A stretch of DNA of 64,000 nucleotides from a virus. Made by a program: the position numbers and the translations under genes. Below are positions 1 through 10,186 of this stretch, in pieces. The stretch covers positions 19,750 through 83,749 of the IMG/VR virus record IMGVR_UViG_3300036668_000172. One strand, given 5' to 3'. Position 1 is the stretch's first letter, and the number at the start of each line of letters is the position of its first letter. The notes below the pieces were generated by a model, which saw only the letters and a program-made list of their open reading frames with translations, was not told where the DNA came from and did no database searches.

Positions 1-2
1 TT

Positions 3-365
3 AATGATGTAAGAGCCATCTGCTGTAACTGACTTAGAACCAGTAACCTGAATAGGAATACCGACAGCGAGGTTGTGCTCAAGAGCTGTAGTTACTGTAA
101 TTTCACGAGTTCCTGCGTTGGTAGTTACAGACACGATTCCAGGAATGGTGGTGTCACCAGACTTAGAGAAGAATGACGGAGTGTTGTTGATTAGCTCAAC
201 AGTCTCCCACTTGGTTGGCTGTAGACCGTACTCAAAGTCAGTATCAATGAGGTTCTCAGGGTTAGATACCCTGAGTTTAGTTACTGGGTCAATAAACTCT
301 TTAGGGAAGCGTATTTCTCCACCTGCACCACCTGAAGAACCGCCGCCGCCTAGAAATCCTGGCAT
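3..365 (-). CDS. Virion structural (tail/fibre-like) protein, runs off window start
   Basis: Not in the ORF track; read manually from ATG 365: MPGFLGGGGSSGGAGGEIRFPKEFIDPVTKLRVSNPENLIDTDFEYGLQPTKWE..., open to the edge; follows the collagen gene. Confidence 0.7.
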   Translation of the reverse strand, partial: MPGFLGGGGSSGGAGGEIRFPKEFIDPVTKLRVSNPENLIDTDFEYGLQPTKWETVELINNTPSFFSKSGDTTIPGIVSVTTNAGTREITVTTALEHNLAVGIPIQVTGSKSVTADGSYII

Positions 366-401
366 AGTTTACCGCTTTCTAAATATAAAAGACTATAAGA
401 A

Positions 402-1922
402 TTATACACCCAGCCACCAAGACTGACTCAGTGAAATAGAGCCCTGTGAACCCTGAGGTCCAGTCGGTCCAACTTGCCCCGCTACCTCTACAAACACCCC
501 TTCATAGTAGATGTAAGTTTTGGCATTGTCAGTGTTAAACCAAGCTGTTCCATTGGGGAACATGCCCGAAGGCTCTACGGGGCCTGAGAAGAAAGCTCCC
601 TGGGCACCTGTTGGTCCAGTTGGTCCGAAAGGCCCAGTTGAACCAAGGGGCCCTGTAACAAACGAGTCTGCACCGATAGGTCCAGTTGGCCCTGTCGGAC
701 CTGTAGGGCCTGTTACAAAGGAATCGGCTCCAGTAGGGCCTGTTGGTCCTGTTGGTCCTGTTGGTCCAACAAAGCGACCCACATTGACAAATGCCGCTCC
801 GTCATACTTCCAGAGGTCACCAGTATCAGCGACAATCCAACCGTCATTAAAGGTATTGTCTTCATTAGGAAGATTAGCTGAGGTAGCAACGCTGCCCAGA
901 ATGTCAATGGCCTCACCCGTAGCACCAGTTGGTCCTGTAGGTCCAGTGGGTCCTGTAGGTCCTGTGACCTGAGATGCGGCACCAGTTGAACCAGTAGGTC
1001 CAGTAGGTCCTAGGGGACCAGTAGGCCCAGTAGGCCCAGTAACAATAGAGTCTTCACCAATAGGTCCAGTAGGTCCCGTCGGGCCCAGCTCACCTTGAGG
1101 GCCAACAATCTGGCCAGCACTTACCCAACCGTTCATCACAGACCAGACGTAAAGGTCTCCATCTGAGTCAACAATGTAAGCATCGTTAGGGCTGTTGCTT
1201 AAAGTAGGCAAAAGGCTAGGGTTATCAACAGAGCCCACAAGGTGGATGTCAGTACCCTGAGGACCAGTGGACCCAATAGGTCCAGTTGGTCCAGTCACGC
1301 CACGAGGGCCGCTGGGTCCAGTTACGCCTTGGTTACCCTGAAGACCAGCAGGACCGCTTGGTCCAAGGTCTCCAGTCAAACCACGAGCACCCGTAGGGCC
1401 AGTAACTCCAGTAACACCAGTAGGACCAGTGACACCAGTAGAGCCTGTAGGTCCAGTAGCACCAACTAAGCCAGCTGAACCAGTAGGTCCAGTTACACCT
1501 TCAAAACCACGAACACCAGGTTCCCCAATAGGTCCAGTGTTTCCACGAGGTCCTTGAGCACCCTGTGCTCCAGTAGGTCCAGGAGTGCCGTCAAAACCGC
1601 GAGGACCAGTGGTCCCCGTAGGCCCAGTTACACCAGCAGGACCAGTAGGCCCCGAGATTGGACCTAGGTTTAGCCAAGTAGTGCCATTCCAGATGTAAAG
1701 GTCAGAGCCGATAGTATAGGCATCTCCACGAAGGGGGCTAGGCGCAGCAGCCTGTAAGGCGGCTAGATTAGCATAAGACCCTAGTACAGTGATTCCTTCA
1801 CCTGCAGGTCCAGTAGGCCCAGTAGGTCCTAGTGCGCCCGTAGCTCCACGCTGGTTAGGAACCGCGGGAAGTAAGGTGGAATCAATGCTGGGGTATAACG
1901 GGGAATCTGGGTCAATAGCCAT
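402..1922 (-). CDS. Collagen triple-helix repeat protein (fibre/whisker-like)
   Basis: Long G-P-T/G-X-Y runs interrupted by three copies of a globular module (LGS..., DAY/GWIV, DLY/W). Confidence 0.9.
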   Translation of the reverse strand: MAIDPDSPLYPSIDSTLLPAVPNQRGATGALGPTGPTGPAGEGITVLGSYANLAALQAAAPSPLRGDAYTIGSDLYIWNGTTWLNLGPISGPTGPAGVTGPTGTTGPRGFDGTPGPTGAQGAQGPRGNTGPIGEPGVRGFEGVTGPTGSAGLVGATGPTGSTGVTGPTGVTGVTGPTGARGLTGDLGPSGPAGLQGNQGVTGPSGPRGVTGPTGPIGSTGPQGTDIHLVGSVDNPSLLPTLSNSPNDAYIVDSDGDLYVWSVMNGWVSAGQIVGPQGELGPTGPTGPIGEDSIVTGPTGPTGPLGPTGPTGSTGAASQVTGPTGPTGPTGPTGATGEAIDILGSVATSANLPNEDNTFNDGWIVADTGDLWKYDGAAFVNVGRFVGPTGPTGPTGPTGADSFVTGPTGPTGPTGPIGADSFVTGPLGSTGPFGPTGPTGAQGAFFSGPVEPSGMFPNGTAWFNTDNAKTYIYYEGVFVEVAGQVGPTGPQGSQGSISLSQSWWLGV

Positions 1923-2980
1923 TAGACGCGTACCTCACTAGCTCTCTCTGTAAAGAAGTTTCCGCCCAAAATCTGAATGATTTCATTATCATTATCATCA
2001 ACACTCACAAGCTGCCAGTAGCAACGCTTAGGAAGACGACGAGTGTTTTCTGCAGTTAGCGAGATACTAGCTACATAGTCAATGCTGTCACTAGTAGTTA
2101 CCTCTAGCTCAAATGAGCGTATCCTCTGCAAGCTGCCGCGCTGCACAATTAGTCTGGCGAGGAAGGACTTGTCAGTAAAGTCTCCAGTAAATGAAATGTC
2201 CGTAGTGTAGGCAATGCCCTCGTAAGAAGTAAGCTCGCCACCGTCCGTAGGCCACGGCGTTAAGCGGCTTCCATAGTTTGGAATAACCAAGTCTGCACGC
2301 TGGCCCCAAGACCTGTCGTCCACTTCTTGTGGCTTGTATACAGGAACATAGCGGTTGCTTGTCTTAGAGATACGACGGAGAGTAAATACCTCCATGGTGT
2401 AAAGACCAATACCAAGCTGGGTACATAATTCACGGTACTGCTCACGACGAGAGTCAATAATCTCCATAAGCTGGCGATACCGCTCAGACCTAGGGATAGT
2501 CACACCATCTGGTGCGAAGATGTTGATGTCAAAAGATGCATCTGTAGCCAAGGTGTACAGGGCTAAAGTTGATGCGTATAACGCAACTGGGTAATCTTCA
2601 ATAGGGGGCAGATTCTCTACGGTAATTCTGCGCCCTATCTCGTCTGTCTTACGAGCTGTGTGTTGCTGGAACGCAGCTTCTACAAAGTAGCCGATTTCAG
2701 AGGTAGTAAAATATCTGTAATAAGTTCCACTAACTAGCAAAGCCTCACCGTCAGCAGGCAGGGTATCAAGCACTAGCGTGCCAGTGCTCTCTTCTACTGA
2801 GCTTTGGGAAGAGATGTCTACGCCGTCTTTAAGAACTGTAAGCTCTGGGCCATCCACTGGAGAGTACTGGATTGTGAAGCGGTTGCTAGAACCGTCAGCC
2901 ATAAACTGAACAACAAAGGACTTACCCATGTCACCTAGCTCTAGCCGCACTCTATCAACAAGCGATGCAAGCGTAGCCAC
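1922..2980 (-). CDS. Putative neck/head-tail connector structural protein
   Basis: 352 aa; N-terminal [11 protein letters not shown] motif typical of head-completion proteins; downstream of the capsid gene. Confidence 0.5.
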   Translation of the reverse strand: MATLASLVDRVRLELGDMGKSFVVQFMADGSSNRFTIQYSPVDGPELTVLKDGVDISSQSSVEESTGTLVLDTLPADGEALLVSGTYYRYFTTSEIGYFVEAAFQQHTARKTDEIGRRITVENLPPIEDYPVALYASTLALYTLATDASFDINIFAPDGVTIPRSERYRQLMEIIDSRREQYRELCTQLGIGLYTMEVFTLRRISKTSNRYVPVYKPQEVDDRSWGQRADLVIPNYGSRLTPWPTDGGELTSYEGIAYTTDISFTGDFTDKSFLARLIVQRGSLQRIRSFELEVTTSDSIDYVASISLTAENTRRLPKRCYWQLVSVDDNDNEIIQILGGNFFTERASEVRV

Positions 2981-3007
2981 AAAACCTCCGAAAAATTAGT
3001 CTCATCT

Positions 3008-3043
3008 ATGTTCTCGTATTATGCCTAGAAATACAGCACAAAC
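3008..3043 (-). promoter_or_regulatory. Putative bipartite late-type promoter (GTTTGT-N24-GAACAT)
   Basis: Same spacing as other copies of the motif; upstream of the 2980 start. Confidence 0.45.
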
Positions 3044-3049
3044 GATAAA

Positions 3050-3091
3050 GCCCACCCTGCTGGGAGGAGGGCGGGAACCAGCAGAGTGGGC
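3050..3091 (-). terminator. 14-bp hairpin with 14-nt anti-SD-like loop; terminator or sRNA
   Basis: GCCCACTCTGCTGG/CCAGCAGGGTGGGC with a G-U pair on the minus strand; loop TTCCCGCCCTCCTC; followed by TTTAT. Confidence 0.6.
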
Positions 3092-3108
3092 AGTTTATCG
3101 GTGACTGT

Positions 3109-3480
3109 TTAGTTAGGTCGCCAAATATAACCGAGACCCTCAAGGTAATCCGCGAGGTCTCGTGGCACTGCATACTTAACACCTGATTTAAAGGTGTACG
3201 TGTTCCCAACGCCGTAAGTCATTTCATCGATGTCAGTGATTGTTCGTATAACGACTTTGTCGTTATTTACCGATACGCCTACCTCTTCAATCTCATCTAG
3301 GAAGATTGGAACATCTGGATTCTTTGGGTCAAAGACCCCAGTCTCTAGTAGCTCTGCTTCTGCCTGACGAGTTGTCGAAATTTCATCCTGACGTGCTCTC
3401 AGCTCTGCTGCGTTTCTTTTTGCTGCGTCTTCGGCAGCTTTACCCGTTGCGTCTAGTGGGCTTGTCTTTGGTGTTGCCAC
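3109..3480 (-). CDS. Hypothetical virion-associated protein
   Basis: 123 aa, SD AGGAG, directly after the capsid gene. Confidence 0.7.
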   Translation of the reverse strand: MATPKTSPLDATGKAAEDAAKRNAAELRARQDEISTTRQAEAELLETGVFDPKNPDVPIFLDEIEEVGVSVNNDKVVIRTITDIDEMTYGVGNTYTFKSGVKYAVPRDLADYLEGLGYIWRPN

Positions 3481-3513
3481 AGTATTTTTCTCCTAATGTT
3501 AGATGTTTGTGTT

Positions 3514-3535
3514 GGGGGGCCCCGAAGGACCCCCC
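3514..3535 (-). terminator. GC-rich hairpin with cUUCGg tetraloop after the capsid gene
   Basis: GGGGGGTCC-TTCG-GGGCCCCCC; no U-tract; runs directly into a CCAACACAAACA box. Confidence 0.65.
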
Positions 3536-3553
3536 TCCACTAATGTTGCACTA

Positions 3554-4666
3554 TTACGCGGTGTATACCTTGACAATAGCCTGGTCGGTGATAACACCAA
3601 GACCCCAAATTGCGTACCATGCAAGTGCGTGCTCGCGACCGAAGTCTAGAACACCACCGTCACGGAGCTCAACTGGTAGAGAGATTGCGTGACCAAATGC
3701 GTTGTCACCAATCATGATTGACTCGTAAACGTCAGTTGCAGTGGTTCCAGTAGGAGCGGTTGCGCCTGGCTCTGCAGGGTTTCCACCACCACCTGGGACG
3801 GTGTTAGCCTTTACAGGGATGTAGCTCTGGCCTGTAAGGAGACCTGCCTGAGCGCTGTAATCAACTGCGGTACCCTGAGCTAGCTTGTTAACCTGAGTGG
3901 TCTCGATGAAGACTACGTCGTATAGACGACCAATCTCACCAAGCATGAAGTTACCAGGTGCTGCATATTTGGTAACTTCAATGAACTCTGGGTTTGAACG
4001 CAAGTCGCGTGACTGCTTTGGGTGGATGAACTGTACGTAGGTTTCGCCTAGACGTGGGATGTTCTTTCCAGCAAGAGTAAGAGCGGCATCCTTGATGGCA
4101 CCAGTCGTTAGCTTGTGGGCTGCTGAAACTCCAGCAATAGAAGTAGCTGCAGTTCCCTCGTCGTAGTTGGTGAATGCGCCACCAACGATACCTGAGCGGT
4201 CGTAACCGAATACAGCTGAAGTAGCTGCAGACAAGGTGTTACGTGCCTGTAGGTCTAGGTACTGTGCCATGTGGCGACCTAGGAGACGCGAAGCGGAAGC
4301 CATAACGTCATCAAATGATGCGTTAAGTAGTAGCTCCGAAACAGCGGTTGCGTAACCGTGCTCTGCAACGGTGATAGCAATCTGCTCTGCGGTTAGTGAG
4401 TTGGTAGTCATACGGACACCTTCGGTCAGTGGAGTTGGGTCCACTGCGAAGTTCTTGTAACGTAGGAAGTTGACACGGAGACCAGGTGATACACCTAGCT
4501 CGGTCTTCTTAACTGCGAACTGTTCAAAGCGAAGAATTGGCATCGCTTGGAATAGGATTTCCTTTGACCAGATGGTCTGAATGGCCTGTGAAAGCTGGGA
4601 GTTGCTACCTGAGTAAGCTGTAGGTGCGCCTGCGAGCTGACCAGTTCCTGTAATACCTGAAGCCAT
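3554..4666 (-). CDS. Major capsid protein (N4-gp56-like family)
   Basis: PLTEG, EHGY, FIHPKQSRDLR, GEIGRLYDVVFIET, DFGREHALAWY motifs; order portal-scaffold-capsid. Confidence 0.92.
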   Translation of the reverse strand: MASGITGTGQLAGAPTAYSGSNSQLSQAIQTIWSKEILFQAMPILRFEQFAVKKTELGVSPGLRVNFLRYKNFAVDPTPLTEGVRMTTNSLTAEQIAITVAEHGYATAVSELLLNASFDDVMASASRLLGRHMAQYLDLQARNTLSAATSAVFGYDRSGIVGGAFTNYDEGTAATSIAGVSAAHKLTTGAIKDAALTLAGKNIPRLGETYVQFIHPKQSRDLRSNPEFIEVTKYAAPGNFMLGEIGRLYDVVFIETTQVNKLAQGTAVDYSAQAGLLTGQSYIPVKANTVPGGGGNPAEPGATAPTGTTATDVYESIMIGDNAFGHAISLPVELRDGGVLDFGREHALAWYAIWGLGVITDQAIVKVYTA

Positions 4667-4702
4667 AGTGGTTCAAGTCCTTTCGGTCTAGTTAGTTGAT
4701 TG

Positions 4703-5464
4703 TTAGTTGAACAAACCCTGTCCACTGTTGTTGCCTGTGCCAAGTAGCTTGGCTCTGTTCTTTGCATAATCCGCCATTGACATGTTATTAATGTCGTTGG
4801 GCGAGTACGAGCGTTGTTCCGAATCGTTATCCAGGGGTCCTGAGGCAGGCACGGTAACCCGTGCTCCCACCATGTCTTTTCTCGTCTGTACCCCAGCTTG
4901 GGCTACAGAGTCAAAAATCTTTGCAGATTTGTCTTTCAACGATGAGATACTCTGCTCAATCTCATCCTCGTTATTACCCTGAATCATGTCGATAAGCTCA
5001 GGGATAATGCCGTCTCTTTCCTGCTCTAATCTCATAGAGCGGTAGTTAGTGAGGGCTTGAAAGCGACGTTCTTGGTCTAGGAGTGCAAATGCCTTCTCAC
5101 GTTCCTGGCGCTCATTGTCTAACTGAGACTGCCATTCCTGTTCCTTGACCTGCAGAAGCTGGCGAACCTCAAGTTCAGCTTCTTCCTCATCCTTCTTCTT
5201 CTTCAGAGCTTCGGTATCACGCTTTTTGCGGTCATCCTTGCGACGAGACTCTTCAGCCTCACGCTCTTGCTCACGTAGCTTGAGAAGGGTAAGCTCTTCT
5301 TTTAGCTTCTCTACCTGAGGGTAAAGCTTCTCTTTTTCCTGTGCACGAGCTTTTGCAATGTCATCAGCTGTGAACTGTGGAAATGGAGTATCAGGAGTTT
5401 CTGCGGTATTTAGAGCATCTGTTGCGGTTTCAGGCAAAGTCTCAGCCTGCTGTATTTCGTCCAT
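4703..5464 (-). CDS. Capsid scaffolding protein
   Basis: Highly charged coiled-coil, C-terminal MSMADYAKNRAKLL, immediately upstream of the capsid gene. Confidence 0.8.
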   Translation of the reverse strand: MDEIQQAETLPETATDALNTAETPDTPFPQFTADDIAKARAQEKEKLYPQVEKLKEELTLLKLREQEREAEESRRKDDRKKRDTEALKKKKDEEEAELEVRQLLQVKEQEWQSQLDNERQEREKAFALLDQERRFQALTNYRSMRLEQERDGIIPELIDMIQGNNEDEIEQSISSLKDKSAKIFDSVAQAGVQTRKDMVGARVTVPASGPLDNDSEQRSYSPNDINNMSMADYAKNRAKLLGTGNNSGQGLFN

Positions 5465-5535
5465 GGGTATTCTCTTTTCGTTTACTTGGTCGTTGTCCGT
5501 ATGAGTGTCTGGTTAGCCGTGCCTATTACGTAACT

Positions 5536-5571
5536 AGTTTTTAGTATTTAGAGTAACTTTGGTATCTAAAC
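5536..5571 (-). promoter_or_regulatory. Putative bipartite late-type promoter (GTTTAG-N24-AAAACT)
   Basis: Motif copy upstream of the scaffold/capsid genes. Confidence 0.55.
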
Positions 5572-5602
5572 CCAATAAATTACAGCAATTAAATATTAAA
5601 AA

Positions 5603-7309
5603 CTATTCTCTGTCAGTTGCTTGTCTAGGAGGAACTTGGTCCCCATAAGCTTGCAATAACAAATCTTGTTGTAGTTTCATCTCAGCCTGCGCTATTGCTG
5701 GGTTAGCCTCAGCTCCTGAGTTGAGTTGGCCGTCGCCTACAAGTTCTCCGCCAGCCATAGTAGGCTCCATTGGAGTGGCGGTACCATCTGGGGCTACTAG
5801 CATTCCAGTAAGGTCCATGAGTTGCTTCTGAATCTCGGCTTTAATAAGGTTAATTGCACCCTCATCTTTGACGTCGTTAATAAGCTCTTTTCTAATCTCA
5901 GCGAGCTTCTCTTCTGGGAATTCTTCTCCAAGGGCGCGTAGAGCGCCTTCTTTGGACTCAAGCCCCATAGACATCTTCTGAGAAAGCTCGTTAAGAAGAA
6001 CAATCTTATCCAGAGGTAGGGGAGGAGGGAAGTGCGCGTGTGAGATGTACGTGATTGGGTCGTTGGGGTCCAACTTAGTAAGCTGGTTCTCATTGATAGC
6101 GCCATCAGTAGCTGGGTTATACACGAGAGACTCGGGCTCTTTAACAACCAAGTTGAGCATAATAAGCTCATTAACCTTTTCTAATCCAGCCTTGTACATT
6201 GAGACCTTGTGGGTCCAACGGTTCATTAGAGGCTGGAACTGAATCTGTAGAGCAACACCAGAAGTATTAGATACAGGCTGGGATTGGCCAAGAGCTGACT
6301 CTGGAATGTTCATAAGCTCGTGCATTGAGCGTTTAATCATCTCTAGGTATTGTAGAGAGCCCTGAATACCAGCACTACCACCTTCTAGGTTGAAGACCTG
6401 CGCATCTTTAGGTAGGCCTCCCCAAACCTTCTTTGCACCCTTTTCAAGGTTAGAAGCCTTAGCGCCAGTAATAACTGTGATTGGAGCAGCGTGATAGTTG
6501 ATGATGTCAGCGACATCTGTTGAAATTTCGTTATACGACCTGTTTAGACTAATAATGTCATGAGCATCAGAGAGACCCCAAGGAGAGCCAGATACAGGGA
6601 TGTTTGGTATGTGTACAACAGGGATAAGCCCGAGCGGATTAGGTCGCGAATCAATGAGCTCATCGTTTATGTACTCCTCAATAATGTCGTCTGTAAGAAT
6701 TTCAGTGTAGGTAAACACTTGGCGAGTTCCCTCTAAAGAGGTTCCCCAGAAACGGTACTTCTGCTTGAACCTAAGAAGGCGTGTACGGTCGTGGGGGTGA
6801 AACTCTGGGAAACAAAATGCTGAGTTGAGAGGAAGGATACGTACTCTTCCTGGGTGAATGCGTCCTACGGCATCTTCCCAAGCCTCTTCGTAAGCAACCT
6901 TAACGAAACAATCTCCTGTGATACCGCCAATTTGCGCCATCTCAAGAAGTACTTTAGTCTTTTGATTGTCTATTTCCCAAACACGCTCTAGTCGGTTTGG
7001 TACTATGGCCTCAGTCGCTGCTGGAGAGCGGAAGTGGATTCCCTGTCCAAACGTGAACCTAGCTAGATAGTCAATGAATGCGCGATAGTAGTTGACAGAG
7101 ATTTGCATCTCGCCCTGCTCGCGGCGGTATCCCCAGTGGTGGCCAAGATACATGGCCCAGTTTAGGGAGTAACGGTTTAGACGAGGACCGTGGACCTCAA
7201 ATTCTTCATCAGCAAGCTCAACGAGCCCCAGAGGGGAAATGGAGATAGTAAGGTCAGAGGACGCTGCCCTGTAGCTTGGGGGCGAGAAGTCAAAATATGA
7301 CCCACTCAT
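5603..7309 (-). CDS. Portal protein (SPP1 gp6-like)
   Basis: NPLGLIPVVHIPN, GLSD, SGVALQI motifs; 568 aa; between terminase and scaffold. Confidence 0.9.
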   Translation of the reverse strand: MSGSYFDFSPPSYRAASSDLTISISPLGLVELADEEFEVHGPRLNRYSLNWAMYLGHHWGYRREQGEMQISVNYYRAFIDYLARFTFGQGIHFRSPAATEAIVPNRLERVWEIDNQKTKVLLEMAQIGGITGDCFVKVAYEEAWEDAVGRIHPGRVRILPLNSAFCFPEFHPHDRTRLLRFKQKYRFWGTSLEGTRQVFTYTEILTDDIIEEYINDELIDSRPNPLGLIPVVHIPNIPVSGSPWGLSDAHDIISLNRSYNEISTDVADIINYHAAPITVITGAKASNLEKGAKKVWGGLPKDAQVFNLEGGSAGIQGSLQYLEMIKRSMHELMNIPESALGQSQPVSNTSGVALQIQFQPLMNRWTHKVSMYKAGLEKVNELIMLNLVVKEPESLVYNPATDGAINENQLTKLDPNDPITYISHAHFPPPLPLDKIVLLNELSQKMSMGLESKEGALRALGEEFPEEKLAEIRKELINDVKDEGAINLIKAEIQKQLMDLTGMLVAPDGTATPMEPTMAGGELVGDGQLNSGAEANPAIAQAEMKLQQDLLLQAYGDQVPPRQATDRE

Positions 7310-7545
7310 TACTTACTCTTGCTCTGGTGCTGTTTGCTTGCCATGTGTGCCTTCTCCTGAAGAAAATGCTTTATCATTTCCTTCTTCCGCGCTTCTGCTT
7401 CTTGGTCTATAAACTTACCACCAAGTTCCAGATAACGTGTGTGAACCCAATGTGATGCTCCAGGAGAAGGGTACACTCGGTACTTCGCCTTAGCTTGGTT
7501 AACAACCATGGCATACAACTTTTGGTTGGTGGGTTCGTTAGTCAC
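7309..7545 (-). CDS. Hypothetical protein
   Basis: 78 aa, SD AGGAG, translationally coupled to the portal gene. Confidence 0.7.
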   Translation of the reverse strand: MTNEPTNQKLYAMVVNQAKAKYRVYPSPGASHWVHTRYLELGGKFIDQEAEARKKEMIKHFLQEKAHMASKQHQSKSK

Positions 7546-7610
7546 TGAAACTCCTAAAGGCCTAAGCCTACCCCTCTACAGTAGTAAAGGGGTAGGAACT
7601 AGGGGTTAAA

Positions 7611-8003
7611 TTAGTCGTTGACTACAGTCGGGTTAACACGCATGGTGCGACCCATTGACATCTTGGTCTCAATAACCTGCTCGGAGTTCTGGCTGTAAGA
7701 GCCATGAGCAAATTCGCCAAGGAATGTCGGTGCCTCAATCCATGCAGCCGAACCGACGTGTGCACGCTCTGAAAGAGTCTCAGCTGCTGGCTTCTGCCAT
7801 ACAGGTGCATTACGGTTTGGACGACCTGGAGCGCTAGAGGAGCCGCTTACCATGCCCTTCTGAAAGTCGGTTGGAACATCGGTATCTGTGGCGATACCTT
7901 CCTCAAAACGTAGCGGTCCACGGCGTTCTACATTGCCAGTGGCTTTCATCTCATACATCTGAGGTGCTCGTTCAGGAAATTGTGGTGCGGGAGCGATACC
8001 CAT
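7611..8003 (-). CDS. Hypothetical protein
   Basis: Start moved to ATG 8003 after SD AAGGAG. Confidence 0.7.
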   Translation of the reverse strand: MGIAPAPQFPERAPQMYEMKATGNVERRGPLRFEEGIATDTDVPTDFQKGMVSGSSSAPGRPNRNAPVWQKPAAETLSERAHVGSAAWIEAPTFLGEFAHGSYSQNSEQVIETKMSMGRTMRVNPTVVND

Positions 8004-8053
8004 GGAAAACTCCTTAAAGTTAGGATTGGAATAATCTGCAGTTTCCATTTACA

Positions 8054-8089
8054 AGTGTGGCTGTTATCCGCCAATTTGTACTACTAAAC
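8054..8089 (-). promoter_or_regulatory. Putative bipartite late-type promoter (GTTTAG-N24-CACACT)
   Basis: 8061-8080 is 18/20 identical to 62218-62237. Confidence 0.65.
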
Positions 8090-8096
8090 TCTTTTT

Positions 8097-9707
8097 TTAG
8101 TAAAACATGTTAGAGGTAGACTCCACCTCTGGCATAACTAGGTCCACAGTCATAGAGCAGGCGATAGCTAACGAGTCTACGAAGTCATCATGGGCGTAGT
8201 TCTCCTTAGGAGCCTCCACAGAGAAGTTAGGTCCCTTGTAGGTAACTTCTGCGTCTGTCATCTGCTGGTAGAACTGCTTCCATACACGCAGTCTCTTTGT
8301 CTTAGCGTGAGACGGGAAAGAGAGCATGCGGCGCTGTATTAGCGCCTGCAAATGTTTAAACCTTCTAGACTGCTCTGTAGGGCTAGAGGTAAGGCCAATC
8401 ACTTCTGCTCTGGGCATTAAGACTTTTAGTCGTTGAGCGACAGCGTCGCCGACTCCGTTCGAGTCCACCCCAATCGCGAGAACATCGTAGTTATTAAGAA
8501 AGTTAACGATTTGAAAATACTGTTCTTCCCAATCATCCCCTTGAATTTCCAGCCAGTTGAGAACTCTGTGGTCATAATAGCCAAACTCATCTGGGCGGTC
8601 CCAGTCAACCCAGACCACAGTGACAACAGTGGAGTCCATTTTTCTAGCAGGGTCGACTCCGACCACAACAGGGGTTTGATGCCAGACTTTGACGAGCTCT
8701 TGCGACTTGTCACCCAGTTCATCCAAGAGGGTAGCCGTAACAAACATGCCTCGCTCAAGAAGCCATTTGCAGTTGTAAGACATCTGGAACTCATCTGATT
8801 CTTCTCCAATTCGCAATGCCTCTTTCTTAATAAACTTTGCATAGTTCTTGTTGACTTTTGCTACGTCTTTCCAGTCCCACTGGTAGTGGTTCTGTCGAGC
8901 CCCACGCCCACTGGCGCGGCGCTTATTGAGCTGGATAGAACGGTAAAAGTTGTTCTTACTGGTGGTGGGTGTTCCTGTCTTTATCATGGTTCCTGCGTAA
9001 TACGCAAGCATCGGAGCGATTGACTTAGAGACCACGAAGTCATCTGCTTCTTGGCACTCATCGATTACGATTACGTGGAACGACTTGGACTCAATCTTTG
9101 CGCGAGGGTTAGCTGTCATCATGGTGAGTGTTGACCCGAGCTTCTTCATGCGAATCATTCTGGTAACACCACCGACTTTGGCTGCCTCGTCATCTATTTC
9201 TGGGTCTCCCAGTACTTCAAGAGCAATCTCTGAGGTTAGTCGAGTGACCGTACGAGAGAAGAGGGTTTCGGCCTGAGACTCAGTAGGAGCAAACATCCCT
9301 ACCCACAAGCCATCTCTAAAGCGCCCTAGCAGGTCTGGGTATAGTTTTGCGAGAAGAGGCAGGAGAACCATGAGAGTTGCAAGTGTGTCAGATACAGTTT
9401 CAGTCTTTCCAGACTGGCGAGATGCTAGCGCAGTTACTTCTTCGCCGTCATTTATAATAACGGACTCTATAATACGACGAGCTAAAGGCTTCTGGTATAC
9501 GTGAAGGTCATGCCCGACCAAAACCTCCATAAAGGTCATAATCTTGTCTATAAGCTTTATAACAAATGCGGTGGTTAGTTCGTCAGGTTCTTCGTCCCAG
9601 CCCTGTTCAGACTCATCTTCATGGTCTTCTTGATAGAACTCAGGGTTAATTTCCTCAAACTTCTCCCGCTCTTCAAAGTCATTTACTATTTCTTCGTAGT
9701 CAGCCAT
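8097..9707 (-). CDS. terL: Terminase large subunit
   Basis: Walker A SRQSGKT, Walker B IVIDE, GTP motif, nuclease VGVDPA and HDDFVDS. Confidence 0.95.
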   Translation of the reverse strand: MADYEEIVNDFEEREKFEEINPEFYQEDHEDESEQGWDEEPDELTTAFVIKLIDKIMTFMEVLVGHDLHVYQKPLARRIIESVIINDGEEVTALASRQSGKTETVSDTLATLMVLLPLLAKLYPDLLGRFRDGLWVGMFAPTESQAETLFSRTVTRLTSEIALEVLGDPEIDDEAAKVGGVTRMIRMKKLGSTLTMMTANPRAKIESKSFHVIVIDECQEADDFVVSKSIAPMLAYYAGTMIKTGTPTTSKNNFYRSIQLNKRRASGRGARQNHYQWDWKDVAKVNKNYAKFIKKEALRIGEESDEFQMSYNCKWLLERGMFVTATLLDELGDKSQELVKVWHQTPVVVGVDPARKMDSTVVTVVWVDWDRPDEFGYYDHRVLNWLEIQGDDWEEQYFQIVNFLNNYDVLAIGVDSNGVGDAVAQRLKVLMPRAEVIGLTSSPTEQSRRFKHLQALIQRRMLSFPSHAKTKRLRVWKQFYQQMTDAEVTYKGPNFSVEAPKENYAHDDFVDSLAIACSMTVDLVMPEVESTSNMFY

Positions 9708-9936
9708 TGCGCTCTCTACGTTTTAATTCAGTAGTAATTGCCAATAAGGCTTCAGCGCCCATGTGGGCGTCTTCCAACATGTCAGAGTTAGACTCTCTGC
9801 TCCAGTGGGTGATGTTCTTGCCGATAGAGTACAGGGAAGTCTCTACCCAAAGAATTAGGTCAGTAGTCCCAATCTTCTCTACCCTCTTCTGAAGCTTTGT
9901 AGGCGGGGGGCTGCCAGCCTTCGTAAAAATCTTCAT
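9700..9936 (-). CDS. Hypothetical protein
   Basis: Overlaps the terL start; carries the terL SD. Confidence 0.55.
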   Translation of the reverse strand: MKIFTKAGSPPPTKLQKRVEKIGTTDLILWVETSLYSIGKNITHWSRESNSDMLEDAHMGAEALLAITTELKRRERNG

Positions 9937-10180
9937 CTGTTAGTACTCGACCTTCTATTGCGCGACTTAGTGCTTCTTCTTCTGTGTCAATGTTACCTGT
10001 CCATCTACCGATAACAAGGGCTTTATTATGGGGCATTCTAAAAATTAGTGGGGCAGAGGTCCTAAAGGGCTCCGAAATCTCTTGAGTCCAGCCTCTTACC
10101 CAGAATTTGCTCTTCCACTGTACGGGGAACTTAATGTACTGTACAAAGTGTTTTGGTCCGATGTCGTGTATTTTTGGCAT
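9860..10180 (-). CDS. Hypothetical protein
   Basis: 106 aa, SD AGGA, in operon. Confidence 0.6.
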   Translation of the reverse strand: MPKIHDIGPKHFVQYIKFPVQWKSKFWVRGWTQEISEPFRTSAPLIFRMPHNKALVIGRWTGNIDTEEEALSRAIEGRVLTDEDFYEGWQPPAYKASEEGREDWDY

Positions 10181-10186
10181 GTTGTC

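Noticed and set aside
520-1469. Plus-strand ORFs with GPV repeats
   Set aside because: Antisense shadows of the collagen GPT codon repeats
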